NCBI GenBank assembly: GCA_964019335.1 | Contig: OZ025650.1 | Location: 434,001 to 498,000 of the forward strand | Reading direction: 5' to 3' | Length of the DNA stretch: 64,000 bases | Source: Diplonema japonicum | Taxonomy: Eukaryota; Protista; Euglenozoa: Diplonemea | Part shown: positions 21,501 through 32,759 of the stretch, piece after piece | Layout of the letters: the number at the start of each line of letters is the position of its first letter | How positions within the stretch are numbered: position 1 is the first letter of the stretch | Position numbers and translations under genes: made by a program | Notes under the pieces: generated by a model | Told to the model about the DNA's origin: nothing | The model's database searches: none | The model's input: only the letters and a program-made list of their open reading frames with translations

Positions 21501-23410
21501 TCAGCGACGACCTTCCCATCAGAGTTGGTGCAGTCCATGGGCTTGGGCTTCTCGATGGGAACACACCTCGCCCCATTCACCTTGTCCTCAACACAGGTAG
21601 TGGTTGCAATGCAGATCATTGAAGCACAGGTAGGCATAGAAGGGTCGATGATGATTTGGGGCTTCTGGCAAACAGACTCAGAGACAAGGGTTTGAACACC
21701 GTCACGGGGTCTGCACACAAGGCCTTGGTCACACTTACCCTTCACGTCGCCGTTGTTCTCACACACCTCACCCTCCTTCAGGTACTGTGCGGGTTTTGTG
21801 GGAGGGCTAGCCATGGGGACACACTCATCCTTCGGAGGGTCCACAGTGTTGTCAGTCATGCAGGTGTAGCCAGGGCCACATCTCATGGTGGTGCACGCAA
21901 CAGGCTTGGGCTTCTCAAGGGGAACACACCTCGCTCCCTTCACCTTGTCCTCAACACAGGTAGTGGTTGCGATGCAGATCATTGAAGCACATGTCGCAGG
22001 CTTGGGATCAATGACGATGGTGTCCTTCTGGCAGATCGACTCAGAGACAAGGGTCTGGGCACCAGGACGGGGCTTGCACACAAGGCCTTGATCACACTTC
22101 CCTTTCACGTCACCGTTGTTCTCACACACCTCACCCTCCTTCAGGTACTCAGCAGACACGATTGGAACACACCTCGCCCCATTCACCTTATCCTCAACAC
22201 AGGTAGTGGTCGCAATGCAGATCATCGAAGCACAAGTAGGCTTGGAAGGGTCGATGATGATTTGGGGCTTCTGGCAAACAGACTCAGAGACAAGGGTTTG
22301 AACACCGTCACGGGGTCTGCACTCAAGGCCTTGGTCACACTTACCCTTCATGTCGCCGTTGTTCTCACACACCTCACCCTCCTTCAGGTACTGTGCGGGC
22401 TTTGTGGGAGGGCTAGCCATGGGGACACACTCATCCTTCGGAGGGTCCACAGTGTTGTCAGTCATGCAAGTGTAGCCAGGGCCGCATCTCATGGTGGTGC
22501 ACGCAACAGGCTTGGGCTTCTCAAGGGGAACACACCTCGCCCCCTTCACCTTGTCCTCAACACAGGTAGTGGTCGCAATGCAGATCATTGAAGCACAGGT
22601 CGCAGGCTTGGGATCAATGAAGATGGTGTCCTTCTGGCAAACAAACTCAGAGACAAGGGTCTGGGCACCAGGACGGGGCTTGCACACAAGGCCTTGGTCA
22701 CACTTCCCTTTCACGTCACCGTTGTTCTCACACACCTCACCCTCCTTCAGGTACTCAGCAGATACGATTGGAACACACCTCGCCCCATTCACCTTATCCT
22801 CAACACAGGTAGTGGTCGCAATGCAGATCATTGAAGCACAGGTAGGCTTGGAAGGGTCGATGATTTGAGGCTTCTGGCAAACAGACTCAGAGACAAGGGT
22901 TTGAACACCATCACGGGGCCTGCACACAAGGCCTTGGTCACACTTACCCTTCACGTCACCGTTGTTCTCACACACCTCACCCTCCTTCAGGTACTGTGCG
23001 GGTTTTGTGGGAGGGCTAGCCATGGGGACACACTCATCCTTCGGAGGGTCCACAGTGTTGTCAGTCATGCAGGCGTAGCCAGGGCCGCATCTCATGGTGG
23101 TGCACGCAACAGGCTTGGGCTTCGTAGGGAGAGGGTCCTGGCAACGGGATTCAGAGACAAGGGTCTGGACACCTTCAAGGGGCCTGCACACCATCCCCTT
23201 GGGGCACTGCCCAAGCCAATCCCCTTTGTGCTCGCAGATGTCGTTGGCTGCCAGCTGCTTGTCGGGCACGCATCTACCCATCGGCACCGCCCCACTGTAA
23301 TCATTCATGCAAACGGTCCCCGCCGCACACCGCATCGTCATGCAAGGCTCCACAACGCCACCTTCGCACAGCGCGGCACAGCAGAGCGCCACAAGCCCAA
23401 AAGCTTTCAT
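18536..23410 (-). CDS. Cysteine-rich tandem-repeat type I membrane/surface protein (follistatin-N-like, IGFBP-like and pacifastin/VWC-like modules)
   Basis: Signal peptide MKAFGLVALCCAALCEG. Repeats EGEVCENNGDVKGKCDQGLVCRP, TCASMICIATTTCVEDKVNGARCVP and ACTTMRCGPGYTC; DCNTCTCMNGRLGCTKMAC. TM helix WLYALLAGVGALCMGSALALTVY followed by SRKR. Confidence 0.85.
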   Translation of the reverse strand: MKAFGLVALCCAALCEGGVVEPCMTMRCAAGTVCMNDYSGAVPMGRCVPDKQLAANDICEHKGDWLGQCPKGMVCRPLEGVQTLVSESRCQDPLPTKPKPVACTTMRCGPGYACMTDNTVDPPKDECVPMASPPTKPAQYLKEGEVCENNGDVKGKCDQGLVCRPRDGVQTLVSESVCQKPQIIDPSKPTCASMICIATTTCVEDKVNGARCVPIVSAEYLKEGEVCENNGDVKGKCDQGLVCKPRPGAQTLVSEFVCQKDTIFIDPKPATCASMICIATTTCVEDKVKGARCVPLEKPKPVACTTMRCGPGYTCMTDNTVDPPKDECVPMASPPTKPAQYLKEGEVCENNGDMKGKCDQGLECRPRDGVQTLVSESVCQKPQIIIDPSKPTCASMICIATTTCVEDKVNGARCVPIVSAEYLKEGEVCENNGDVKGKCDQGLVCKPRPGAQTLVSESICQKDTIVIDPKPATCASMICIATTTCVEDKVKGARCVPLEKPKPVACTTMRCGPGYTCMTDNTVDPPKDECVPMASPPTKPAQYLKEGEVCENNGDVKGKCDQGLVCRPRDGVQTLVSESVCQKPQIIIDPSMPTCASMICIATTTCVEDKVNGARCVPIEKPKPMDCTNSDGKVVAEGSSYMNDCNTCTCMNGRLGCTKMACEKPKYLKEGEVCENNGDMKGKCDQGLECKPRDGVQTLVSESVCQKPQIIIDPSRPTCASMICIATTTCVEDKVNGARCVPLEKPKPVACTTMRCGPGYTCMTDNTVDPPKDECVPMASPPTKPAQYLKEGEVCENNGDMKGKCDQGLVCRPRDGAQTLVSESVCQKPQIIIDPSMPTCASMICIATTTCVEDKVKGARCVPLEKPKPVACTTMRCGPGYTCMTDNTVDPPKDECVPMASPPTKPAQYLKEGEVCENNGDMKGKCDQGLECRPRDGIQTLVSESVCQKPQIIIDPSKPTCASMICIATTTCVEDKVNGARCVPIVSAEYLKEGEVCENNGDVKGKCDQGLVCRPRDGVQTLVSESVCQKPQIIIDPTCASVICIATMTCVEDKVKGARCVPLEKPKPLDCTNSDGKVVAEGSSYMNDCNECTCMNGRLGCTEKVCEKPEYLKEGEVCENNGDLKVKCDQGLVCRPRDGVQTLVSESVCQKPQIIIDPPVPTCASVVCIATMTCVEDKVKGARCVAVNVPSLPVERECVEGAKVLKSGETAMRDCNMCLCVDGKMRCEEQECKPLDCRWNMETVAPWTREQKTRCCGEQKVRCPSPAVVDAEKELAKVVAECKKGQRSDEECCAVGVRCLATKFDCDDKTEAPGKKEWCCENENKCEVNCMAGSLLDVKQKAGCCSMKYLWCPAEEETVVMKKQKEEEEEEEEEEKKEGKKSLRLKLKGTTSELMENPKAFLKKFRMSLLRGSEELAKNPSRLVVTAVGSLMVGYTVPEGAQREKWAFKVRASWNAELAVEEKALLEQYKTRTGKALGASAVQTASTAAAGDEGVFGEFFVDEKAAKELEESTEQAANGEGAMRDNTGGYSLVVEPVGVVEAGGKKTTTTTTTDDSSNSGSSSKTWLYALLAGVGALCMGSALALTVYSRKRSTAATADELYNALKEEEVVVHKQAADVELGTI
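19855..23190 (-). repeat. Intragenic tandem array of shuffled Cys-module repeats
   Basis: Near-identical DNA units such as gactcagagacaagggt recur more than 10 times. Confidence 0.95.
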
Positions 23411-24126
23411 TTCTGTCGACTTAGTCTTTTAGGGGTTGTTAAATTGAATATAAACCTGTATTGGGAAATGGTGAACGCTTGATACAAATAATAGAAAAAG
23501 AACTCTGCATTGAGTACAGGAGTGAGCAGCGAGTGAGGACTCAGCTCGTGGCGAGCCCATCGAACCAACTGCGTGCTGTGCTGTTCTCTAAAAAGAAGTG
23601 TGTAAAGGGGTGCTCCCGGGAAAAAAAGAGTGAAGGACAAGAATAACAACTTCCCAAGCAGGTTCTGACCAGCCACAGGAAGCTGTAAGAAAAGAAGAAA
23701 AGCGATAAAATTTCAATGTGCTGGAGGAGATAAAGAAAAGGAAGAAACATTATTGAGTTAAAAGGGGGTCTTTGTGAGACGCCCCTGTTTGAGGAACAAG
23801 GAAACAGAAGGGGAGCAGCCGTGTGGCGAAGAAAGTCTTGCGCCGGCGCTTTGCTTCTTATTTCTAACTGTTAGACAGCAACAAGCTAGCATGGAGGTGT
23901 GCTGTCTGTTTTTTTTTTTTTTTTTTTTTTCCAGGAGAAATCATTTTAAATTCGATAAAATTTCAGTGTGCAGGGAGTGCTCACTGTGTTTAAAAATAAG
24001 GATAGGGAAAGAACAAAAAAAAAAAGGGAGTAAATAAAGAAAAGAAGATATCGAGCTAGAATGGGTTCAAAAAAAGGTTTTTCTTTTTCCTTTCTTTCTT
24101 TCTTTCTTTTTTTTTTTTTTTTTTTT

Positions 24127-25380
24127 TCAAACAAGGTGCTCTGCAAAGTCAAGGGGAAGCTCTTGGATAGGAGCCTTGTAGTGGTCGCGGATTGTGCGGA
24201 AGGTAGGGGTGGCTTGGGGGGAGACGAAGTTGATGGCGACGCCCTTCCTCCCGTACCTCCCACAGCGACCGATCCTGTGGAGGTAGGGCTCGGGGCGGGA
24301 GGGGAGGTCGTAGTTGACGACGATGCTGACCTGTTGGACGTCGATCCCCCTGGTGAGGAGGTCCGTCGAGATGAGGACGCGCGCGGAGCCGGTGCGGAAG
24401 GCCTTCAGAGCCAGCTCCCGCCCCTCCCGCCCCAGCTCCGCGTGGATGCACGACACCGTGAAGTCCTGCTCGTTCATCTTCCGAGCCACCTCCTCCACCC
24501 GGTTCCGGCTCCTGCAGAAGATGATGCTCTGTGCGATGGCCACAGAGCTGTACAGGTCCATCAGCGTCTCCAGCTTGTAGTTTTCCTCCACCGCCACGTA
24601 GAACTGCGCGATCCCGTCCAAGGCGAGCCCCGACGGACCCCTCGCCACCAGGACCTCCGTCGGAGACCGCAGGAACTGCCGCCCCAACGCCACCACCTCC
24701 GAAGGGAGCGTCGCCGAGAACAGCCCCACCTGCACCTCCCGAGGGACGAAGGCGAAGACCTCCCGAACCTGCTCCTCGAACCCTTGCGACAGCATCTCGT
24801 CCGCCTCGTCCAAGATCAGCACCTTCACCTGCGTCCCGACCAGCGCCCTCCGCCGGAACAAGTCCAAGACCCTCCCGGGCGTCCCCACAGCGATCAACGG
24901 TGTCCCCGCCTTCAGACCCTCCACGTCCGCAGCCACCCGCGTCCCCCCAACGAACACCCCGACAAACTCCCCCCCTGCGAGGTACCGTCCAAGAGCAGCC
25001 ACCACATCCGCAGTCTGCTGCGCCAGCTCCCGAGTCGGCTCCAAAACCAACCCCTGCAGAGACCCCTCCCCGAAGTCCATCCGCCCCAGCACCCCGATCC
25101 CGAACGCCGCCGTCTTCCCCGTCCCAGACTGCGCCTGCGCCAACACGTCCCCGCCCCTCAACACCGGCACCACCGCCCGCTTCTGGATCGGAGAAGGCCT
25201 CTCGAACCCGTTCCCATAGATCCCCCGCAACAGGTTCGCAGACACCGGCATCTCGTCAAACTCTTCCCACACGGTCCTCTCCTCCTCCCCTTCCTCCCTC
25301 CCTCTAATCTTCACCGTGAACTCCTCTCCCTTTTTGCAGCTCTGTTGTTCGCAGGTGTTGTCGGTGTTCGTGACTGGCAT
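24127..25380 (-). CDS. eIF4A-like DEAD-box RNA helicase, copy 1
   Basis: GFERPSPIQKRA, AQAQSGTGKT, PTRELA, TPGRV, DEAD, SAT, KLETLMDLY, RVLISTDLLTRGIDVQQVS, HRIGRCGR, IQELP. Confidence 0.9.
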   Translation of the reverse strand: MPVTNTDNTCEQQSCKKGEEFTVKIRGREEGEEERTVWEEFDEMPVSANLLRGIYGNGFERPSPIQKRAVVPVLRGGDVLAQAQSGTGKTAAFGIGVLGRMDFGEGSLQGLVLEPTRELAQQTADVVAALGRYLAGGEFVGVFVGGTRVAADVEGLKAGTPLIAVGTPGRVLDLFRRRALVGTQVKVLILDEADEMLSQGFEEQVREVFAFVPREVQVGLFSATLPSEVVALGRQFLRSPTEVLVARGPSGLALDGIAQFYVAVEENYKLETLMDLYSSVAIAQSIIFCRSRNRVEEVARKMNEQDFTVSCIHAELGREGRELALKAFRTGSARVLISTDLLTRGIDVQQVSIVVNYDLPSRPEPYLHRIGRCGRYGRKGVAINFVSPQATPTFRTIRDHYKAPIQELPLDFAEHLV

Positions 25381-25508
25381 CTTTTTTTTTTTTTGAAAAG
25401 GGTTCTTCCTTCTCTTTCTTTTCTTGTGTGTGTGTGTTTCTGTCTGTGGAAATGAATGTTTTGGCCTCTTTCGTTGTGTTACTTGGTAAGACTGTGTTCA
25501 CCAATGAA

Positions 25509-25602
25509 TCAGCTTGGAACCCGAAATACAAAGATTATAACTCACGAAAGTATTCATGTGAAACACGGAACATTGTACTTTCTCATCATCTCTTTGAGGG
25601 GT

Positions 25603-25648
<46 letters not shown>

Positions 25649-27613
25649 ACCACAAGTTGTCTCCCTTTTGGAATCTTGGAACAGGGAGTATACTGTTGGC
25701 AGCATGGGTGACCCCGCCACAGAGCTGTTTGTTCCCTCTTGTGTTGCAGGTGGAAAAAGCCTTCAAAAGGAAAAAAGCAACGAAAGAAGCCCATCGTAAA
25801 AAAGTGTTCAGCGGTGTCCTAAGGGTAATTAAGTTGCCATTTCTCGGGCATCGCACCTTGTGCTCCGACTGGGGCGGCATCATAGTGATTGTCATCATTT
25901 AAGTTCAGCAGCAAATGTCAATGAAGTTTGGATCCTTCTCCTTCCCCACCCTTTACCCAGTACTCAACAAGCACTTCAATCTCGCAGAAGCATAATTCAC
26001 TTCGCAAGTATTTAACGAGAAATGGAAGCGACTCAACTGTCCGCTTACGTATAGAGCAGGAACACCCTCCCTTCCGCACTTGGGAAAACACAGGTTTGTG
26101 TGGTCAGGTAAAACCCGAAAGTCAACTTCACACAGCAAAAAAAATAATGCATCAGGTCTTGAAACACATTGTGGAAAGTAATGTCATCACTTCAACTCCT
26201 TCTCATTCATGTTAAATGTTTCCCTCATGCAAACCTCTCGAACAAGAAATGATGAGCTTGAGGTAGGTAGCGAGGCGCAGTCACAGCTCGAGGCATTGTC
26301 CTGAAGACTTTCTTCCTGTGTGTCTTGCAGACACAAAGTAAAAGGAAGGTTGTGTCTTGCCATGAAGTTGCCCTTGCAGTGCGAGAAGGGGCGTCCTGCA
26401 GGTTTGATCGTCATGGCGGAAAGTGAATGGAAGTGTACGAAACAAACGGAACGGGGCAACTAGGGCCACAGCTCTTGCCCGAGTCATTGACCTGCAGTGG
26501 CGATGTCGAAGACTGCGCCCAGAGGCTGGTTACCAAGGGCGGGTAAGAAACAATAACTTCTGCGTCTTCCTGGTTGCTCAGAAGTTGTGAAAGCTTTATC
26601 AAGAGTGTTGTATTCAGCCGGAGGCCTCGTGGCCCCGTCGTATAGTACCGATCCTGTTTCTCATCATCGCAGGTGGCAGGGGGGGAGAGGGAAAGAAAGC
26701 TGGATCCATTTCCGGGGGATGAGGAAAAACTATGAACAACAACAACAAACAAGAGTCAGCCTCCTCGACCTATTCTTTGGGTGCTCATCTCCCAGGGGTT
26801 TCCTGGAATGCACAGAGATTCCTTGTGTAAAAACAAAAATCATCATTTGTTTGCTCTCCTGCTGTAGTTCGTGTAGTTTGTTCTTCTTTTCTTTTTTTCT
26901 TCCCTCTCCTCTTCCTTTTCAACTATTTATGTAGGACCACACCAAGGCACACAAAAGACACATGGAAGGAAGTGAAGGTGTGCTGGTTAAATGTGGTTCT
27001 GAGCTTTGCTGTTGCGTGCGTTGAAAAGGGAGGGCGGGATCTTTTGCTTCTCCCCAACAGAGTGTGCGGAGACCCATCCCTCCCAAACCTGTCGCCACGC
27101 GTCCGGGAGTGCTGCTGCTGGTGGTAGCGGTGGCGCTTCGGAAGCAAAGTGGTCAACTCATCTTGGAACAGGGAGTATACTGTTGGCAGCATGGGTGACC
27201 CCGCCACAGAGCTGTTTGTTCCCTCGCTCTTCTTTTTCTTTTTCTTTCTCTTCTCTCACCATTGATCAGAAGTCAGGTAGGGTGTTCTTGGAATCGTTGC
27301 TCAACAAGTGATTGTTTGAAGATCTTCAGATTGGCTAGGGCGGTAGAATTCCAGGTTGTCATCACTTCAACAGGAGGTAGTCTCTTTTGATGGCAAAAAT
27401 GAAAATAAAAAAAATCAGCTAGGGGCGAAAGAATAAAGTCACATTGTCTAGTAATTCAACAGAAAGCATTTGTTAACGTTGTTTATCATCACAAAAAACG
27501 ACAAGAAAGGAATAAAAAGCTCTTCAAATGAATCAGCTTGGAACCCGAAATACAAAGATTATAACTCACGAAAGTATTCATGTGAAACACGGAACATTGT
27601 ACTTTCTCATCAT
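25509..27613 (-). ncRNA. snoRNA cluster 2, upstream of eIF4A-like copy 1
   Basis: Modules in plus-coordinate order: CD-b, AGA-2, CD-c, CD-d, AGA-1, AGA-3, AGA-4, CD-e, CD-f, long RNA, AGA-2, CD-g, CD-j, CD-b. Confidence 0.9.
27415..27492 (-). ncRNA. Box C/D snoRNA CD-j: D guide to LSU UAGGGGCGAAAGA (snR60/U80-like) and upstream guide to UAGUAAUUCAAC; copy 60694-60768; degenerate copy about 58774-58848
   Basis: GTGATGA...GTTGAATTACTA...TCTTTCGCCCCTAG-CTGA. Confidence 0.85.
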
Positions 27614-27735
27614 CTCGCATATGGTAACCAAAGGTGCAAACCACAATATCGCAGTAGGTGAATAACGGGGGGGGGGGGGGGAAGAAATACATTCATCAAC
27701 AAGCGATGGGGTGGGTAAAAAAAAGGGAAAGAAAT

Positions 27736-30667
27736 CTAGCAGACCATTTTTGTAGTATCGATGTAAGCAATGGACTCCTTAAAGGCCGCAAAGGCGTCAG
27801 GAGTAGCTCCCAATGAGATAAGGGTTCGAAGGTGCTCTACGATGGAGACAAGGGAAAGAACGGAGTTCAGAGATACCTGTGTTTGTTAAAATTGAAAATG
27901 GTCGATGGCGTACCTTGGCCTCGCTTCTCGCCTCGTCGTTACGCGTTTTAAGGTAAGCAGCCCTGTCAGTGGCTACAGAGATAATGGATGACGGGATGCC
28001 GGCAAGCCTAGCTACATTCATCCCAAAGGAGCTCGGGGACACACCAGCAACAAGCTTGTACAGGAATGACACGTTCTGAGGGTCGGCTGCGTCTGTCGAG
28101 TGTGTGAAGGACATATGGCACGTCTTAATCTTTGTTCTGAAGACTGCAGCTAGCTCCAGCAACTCTGGGTAGTGTGTCACGAACAACGTGAAGCACCCCA
28201 CCTTTGTGATCAACCACTCGAGCAACGAGTTCGCCAGCGCAATGCCATCGAACGTGGACGTCCCCCTCCCTAGCTCATCAAGCACCAGCAGCGACTTCGC
28301 CGTTGCTGCCTGCAAGATATCCGCAGTTTCAGATATCTCTACCAAGAACGAGCTTTGCCCATCCAGCAGCGAATCGTGTGAACCAAGCCTTACGTATATC
28401 CCATCAAACACACTCAGCTTAGCACTCGTCGCAGGGACAAACGACCCCACCTGCGCAAGCAGCACTGTGACAGCAACCTGCCTTAAATAGCTACTTTTCC
28501 CACCCATGTTGGGTCCAGTTACAATCATCACTTGCTCGGTTTTTCCTGCGTTCAAAAGAACGTCGTTAGCAACATAGGACTTATCTTGCTCTTTTAGCAG
28601 CCTGTCGATGACTGGGTGGCGCCCATCCACCACCTCCAAGCACTGCCCGCTTTCTAGCATCTCAGGCCTGCACCAACCCTCTTCCTTGGCAAGGGTCGCA
28701 AGCGAGTACAGCGCATCGAGCACTGAGATACTGTCAATGAAGCTTTGGAAGGGGCGTACGTGTTTCTTCGTGAACTCCTTCTGGCACCCTGCGAAGACTG
28801 TCATGGACAGCTTTGCCATGGTGTCCTTTGCGACCTGTATCTTGTGAATGCACTCCTTGATGACGGGTGTGTGGTATCGAGTGCTCTTGGCCACCTTCGA
28901 CTCTACCTTCCACGTCTTAGGAACCAACTTGACAGCTGCCTGAGGCACATCAATGAGGAACTCTACTCCACTGACGGTTTTGTATGCCAGGCTAGGCTGC
29001 CTTAGGATGTCGCGGACTTCAAACAAGTGGTGCTCCAGAAGGCTGTGTTGCTCGTTGATGCTAGTTGTGAGGTTCTTGAGCCCTTCGTGGGATATGTTCT
29101 CAGTTATGAAGAGCTCTTGTGTGTTGTTGTCAGCTGCTGCCTTCTGGTTGATGGAAGCCAGTGCAGAATTAGCGATCTTCTCGACTTCTTCGTAGTTCTT
29201 GTCATCAAGGAGCGTCTGCAGCAGAGGCGAAAGGTTCTTCACGTAGGAGTTAACATTGAGAGTTGTGTGCATCTTCACCACCTGCAGGACTGTCTTGAGG
29301 AAGGTGCAGTACTCTTTCGGCCGCGCTTTACCATAAGTCATCTTGGTGAGGATCTTTTCAATGTCCGGCAGATTGGACAGGGCTTTATTCTTATACTCAT
29401 TTAGTTCCACGTTCATCGCGCCACGTGCCATGTCATGCACTGCGCTGTGCCTCCCTTCGATGGCAGCCTTGTCCATCAGGGGCCTGCTCAGCCACCGCCT
29501 CAACCGCCTTGCTCCAAATCCTGTCTTGCAGTGGTTCATCACCCAATTTAGTGACCCCCGCACACGGCTCGAGACTGTCCTCTTTGCCTGGTCCCCCATC
29601 ACTGTGAAGACTTCTAAGTTGCGTAATGTAGTGCTTGGCAGGGACATGCACCCTGCGCCAGTGAACCTGCTGAACGACGAGCCGCTTTCGGCGCATCTTG
29701 TAAAAAGGAATTCTTGCAAATCGAACAATTTTAAGTAGGAAACAAGTATACCGAGGCAGCCTTGCACAGCAGGTGAGAGCGCCTGCACTTCCTTGAGGAG
29801 GTCAGGGTACTTACTGTAGAAAGACTCAACGTAAGCAGTTTGACACTCAGGAGCCCAATCCTTGGTGGGGATGAGTTGGTAGCGGACACTGCCAGGCTTT
29901 GTGGGTGATGGGTCGGACGTGACACCGTGGTTGAGGCCGAGGGTCTCAACGCAGTGCAGGGAGGGGGGCGTGAGGGATGAGGCGAGGACCTCAACAGGGT
30001 CGAAGTGGAGGAGGCGCGACATGAGCTCACGGCGGAGGGGACCGTCTTTGAAGGAGTCCCATGTGAGGACTCCTCCTGTTGTGAGGGATATACAGAGCAC
30101 AGTAATGGCAACCTGCTCGTTGCTGGAGCGCTGCTTCGGTGGGATGAGCGTCTCGGTGATGAGGAGGAGGTTGTTCGCGTCAGACTCTTGGTAACCATCG
30201 TCAGCGGCCTCTGCGTCGTTAGCGAGGATCATGGTGGCCTTTGTGTAGAGGCCTGTGATGGTGCGCTCAAAGAGCTTTCCCGAAGCAGTCCCAGCGTCGG
30301 TACGGAGTGCGTTTGTCTCTGCCTGTGCTAGGTGCGCAACACGGTACCCGTTGTTGATCAGGCGACGCGTGTTCACCTCAAGCCGCTGCACAGGGAAGCT
30401 GCAGGAGCAGTACGTTCCCCCTGCCTTTTCATTGGGATTGATATAAAACCCAAGAATCTCACCCGCAATTTGAGCATCCCTCCCAAAAAACTTGTATTTA
30501 TAACCACACTCCACCGCCACCAATGTGTCCGGGTACAGCACCTTCTGTTCCATAAATTGTATTTCAAGCGCCGTCCTCGGAGGCTCCCAGCCTTCTAGGC
30601 AACTGTTCTTTTTGCACGCTTTCTTGTTCGCTCCTTGAGCGGTGTCCTCCCTGCTTCTCTTTTTCAT
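27736..30667 (-). CDS. MSH3: DNA mismatch repair protein MSH3; intron 27877-27913
   Basis: VECGYKYKFFGRDA (MSH3-type mismatch-binding motif), TGPNMGGKSSY, DELGRGTSTFDG, FVTHY, SFGMNVARLAG. Likely start MKKRS at 30667; spliced C-terminus ends at TAG 27736. Confidence 0.92.
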
Positions 30668-31375
30668 AGTAGTTCTTTCTTCCTTTGAGGGTATTGGAGA
30701 CAAAAAAAAAAGAGGGGGACTTGCATTGATGACATGGATATTTGGCTGCACTGAAGAAAAAAGGGGATGGGGAGAAACCGGGGTGGGGGGGAAAAAAGCG
30801 GAGAAAAAAATAAACAAACCCACACAAATATATGCTCTTCCCTCGGTGAAGAAAAAAAAAAATAAAATAATAAATACACCCAATGCGTGTGTTTTGATGT
30901 ACTGCAGCCACACCTGTGCCGGAAGGGCTGTAGGGAGCAGAAGGGGTGCCTCACTAAACAAAACAAAAGCGAAAAATCAGAGGGCGAAAAGTAGTACGTG
31001 TGTTGTGTGAAGGTGACCCGAGGGATGGGGAGATAAGAAAACCCAGAAAGATGAAGAAGCCGATAGAAACAAAAAAATGTAAAAGTAGAGGTTACTGGAG
31101 GAAGAAACAACAAACAAAACAGGGACAGAGAGGGCAGAGTGGAGAATAATAATAAAAAAAAAAAAGAAGAAGAAAAAAACCCAGAAATAATAAATAAAAA
31201 AATGCTACACTAAATACTCGCCCTCCCACCCTCCCACCCTTCCCTTTTCATTCACCTCCTCCCTCCTGTCTCCCCTCTTTCTAATGGATGATTCACGTGA
31301 GCACATTATTCCAGTAAAGTGGCTATTTCCCTCTCTTTTCTCTCTTTTTTTTTTTTTTTAAACTGTCGTGTTCTC

Positions 31376-32720
31376 TTAGTTACCCTTGGAGGCAAGGTAC
31401 TGGGTGCGTTCCTCAGTGAGCTTGGCCTCGGTCTCCTTGAGCTGGAGAAGGTGGGCTCTCACCTGTTTTTTTGTTTTAAACTTTTTTTTTTTATTCCACA
31501 CCTGGTCAGCAAGAGGACCGCTCTCGAAAGCCACACGCCTATCGAAGGCGTCCGCGGCCCACGACTGGGCAGAGGAGAAGGCGTCGGTGTCAAGGCTCTC
31601 AAGGTGGTCGTCCAAGTAGCCGACGTCCCTGAAGTGTGCTGCCTGGTAGCAGAGGATCACCCTCAGGGGCACGTGCTCGTCCTCAGTGGTGACTTCCGTC
31701 AGGGTGAACCAGTCCTGGAGACGTGCCTCCAGCTGTGCCCTGCTGAGCTCCTCCTCCCACCTCGCTACCAGTCTCCTGTTGCAAATTTGGTACAGTTCAA
31801 AGTCGTTCAGGCTCGCAAGCCCCTCCTTCTTGATGAGGACGTCCTCCTGGTACAGCCCCTTGTAGTGGTCGATGATACGGGTGGACAGTGCCTCGATGTT
31901 GATCCACATGAAAGGCTTCCCGAGGAACGCGCACGCTTCGTAGTGCTCCTGCCCCCTGAGCCACGAGGACACGTCGGATGTGCAGTACGGGATGCTGCAG
32001 GTCCCCGCGGCCATGATCGACTGGCCCATCTTCCTGATGGCGACAGGGTCCTTCGGGCCCATGAACCCGTTGCTGATGGAGTCGAAGGCCTCGTTGTACT
32101 TGGCCTCCCCGGAGATGTAGTACTCGAGGTACCTGGACTGCGTGTACCCACAGATCGCAGCGTGCTTGATGTGCACCTCAAGGTCACGCGCCTTGCCGGC
32201 AGCGATCTTCTCGTCTTCGGAGGAGAAGAAAGTCTGAAGAAGGATGCTTGAAAAACAAATAAAATCCATACAGAGGGGAGCTTGTGGGTGGCGTTTGTCC
32301 ACACAGGGAGCCCGAGAAGAGGAAGCCCACCGGTGGCAGCGGTCCACATGAGGGGCTGCGTCATCCTGTCGACGTCCTCCTTGTAGGTCAGGTAGTCGCT
32401 GAACTCCTTCCTGCTCAGCTGTGAGGAGGGTTTGTTTTCTTTTTTCTTCTTCTTATTTTGCATACAGGAAGGTCTTCACAGACAGTAATCCTCTTCTTCT
32501 CATCAGCAAAGCTGCTCTGGTGGTACTTGGAGAACACTTGGGTGGTCTGCTCCTCGTGAGTTTTCGGCGCGTTCTAAAAAATAATAAAAAAATATATTTT
32601 ATTGGTTTTATCACACACGTTCTGAAGGTGGTTCCTGTATGCAGCCCCCAGAGCCCTGTACTTACCCACATTCCCAGCAAAGGCCGCAAGAGCCCCTGGC
32701 GCGCGCATTAAATGAGCCAT
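31376..32720 (-). CDS. LETM1-domain mitochondrial protein; introns 32574-32618, 32419-32465, 32234-32271, 31463-31501
   Basis: Four GT-AG introns give one continuous frame. EDVLIKKEGLASLNDFELYQICNRR...LEARLQDW resembles the LETM1 ribosome-binding domain. The N-terminus is presequence-like. Confidence 0.72.
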
Positions 32721-32759
32721 CTTACGTGATCCCCTTCTGAGGGAGGGAGGGCTTGTGGG

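Noticed and set aside
23525-23585. Possible pseudouridylation guide with TGGTTCGAT antisense to LSU AUCGAACCA (copy near 54890-54940)
   Set aside because: No AGA/ACA box at the required 14-16 nt distance, and the second pocket strand is weak.
24061-25455. 464-aa and 258-aa plus-strand ORFs (and duplicates)
   Set aside because: Antisense to the GC-rich eIF4A-like CDS.
25975-26030. Hairpin with TCTCGTTAA antisense to LSU UUAACGAGA
   Set aside because: Box elements are not convincing; it is conserved only within the recent duplication.
30668-30961. N-terminal 98-aa extension of the MSH3 ORF
   Set aside because: Poly-F/P sequence from the pyrimidine tract with a non-ATG start; the real start is probably at 30667.
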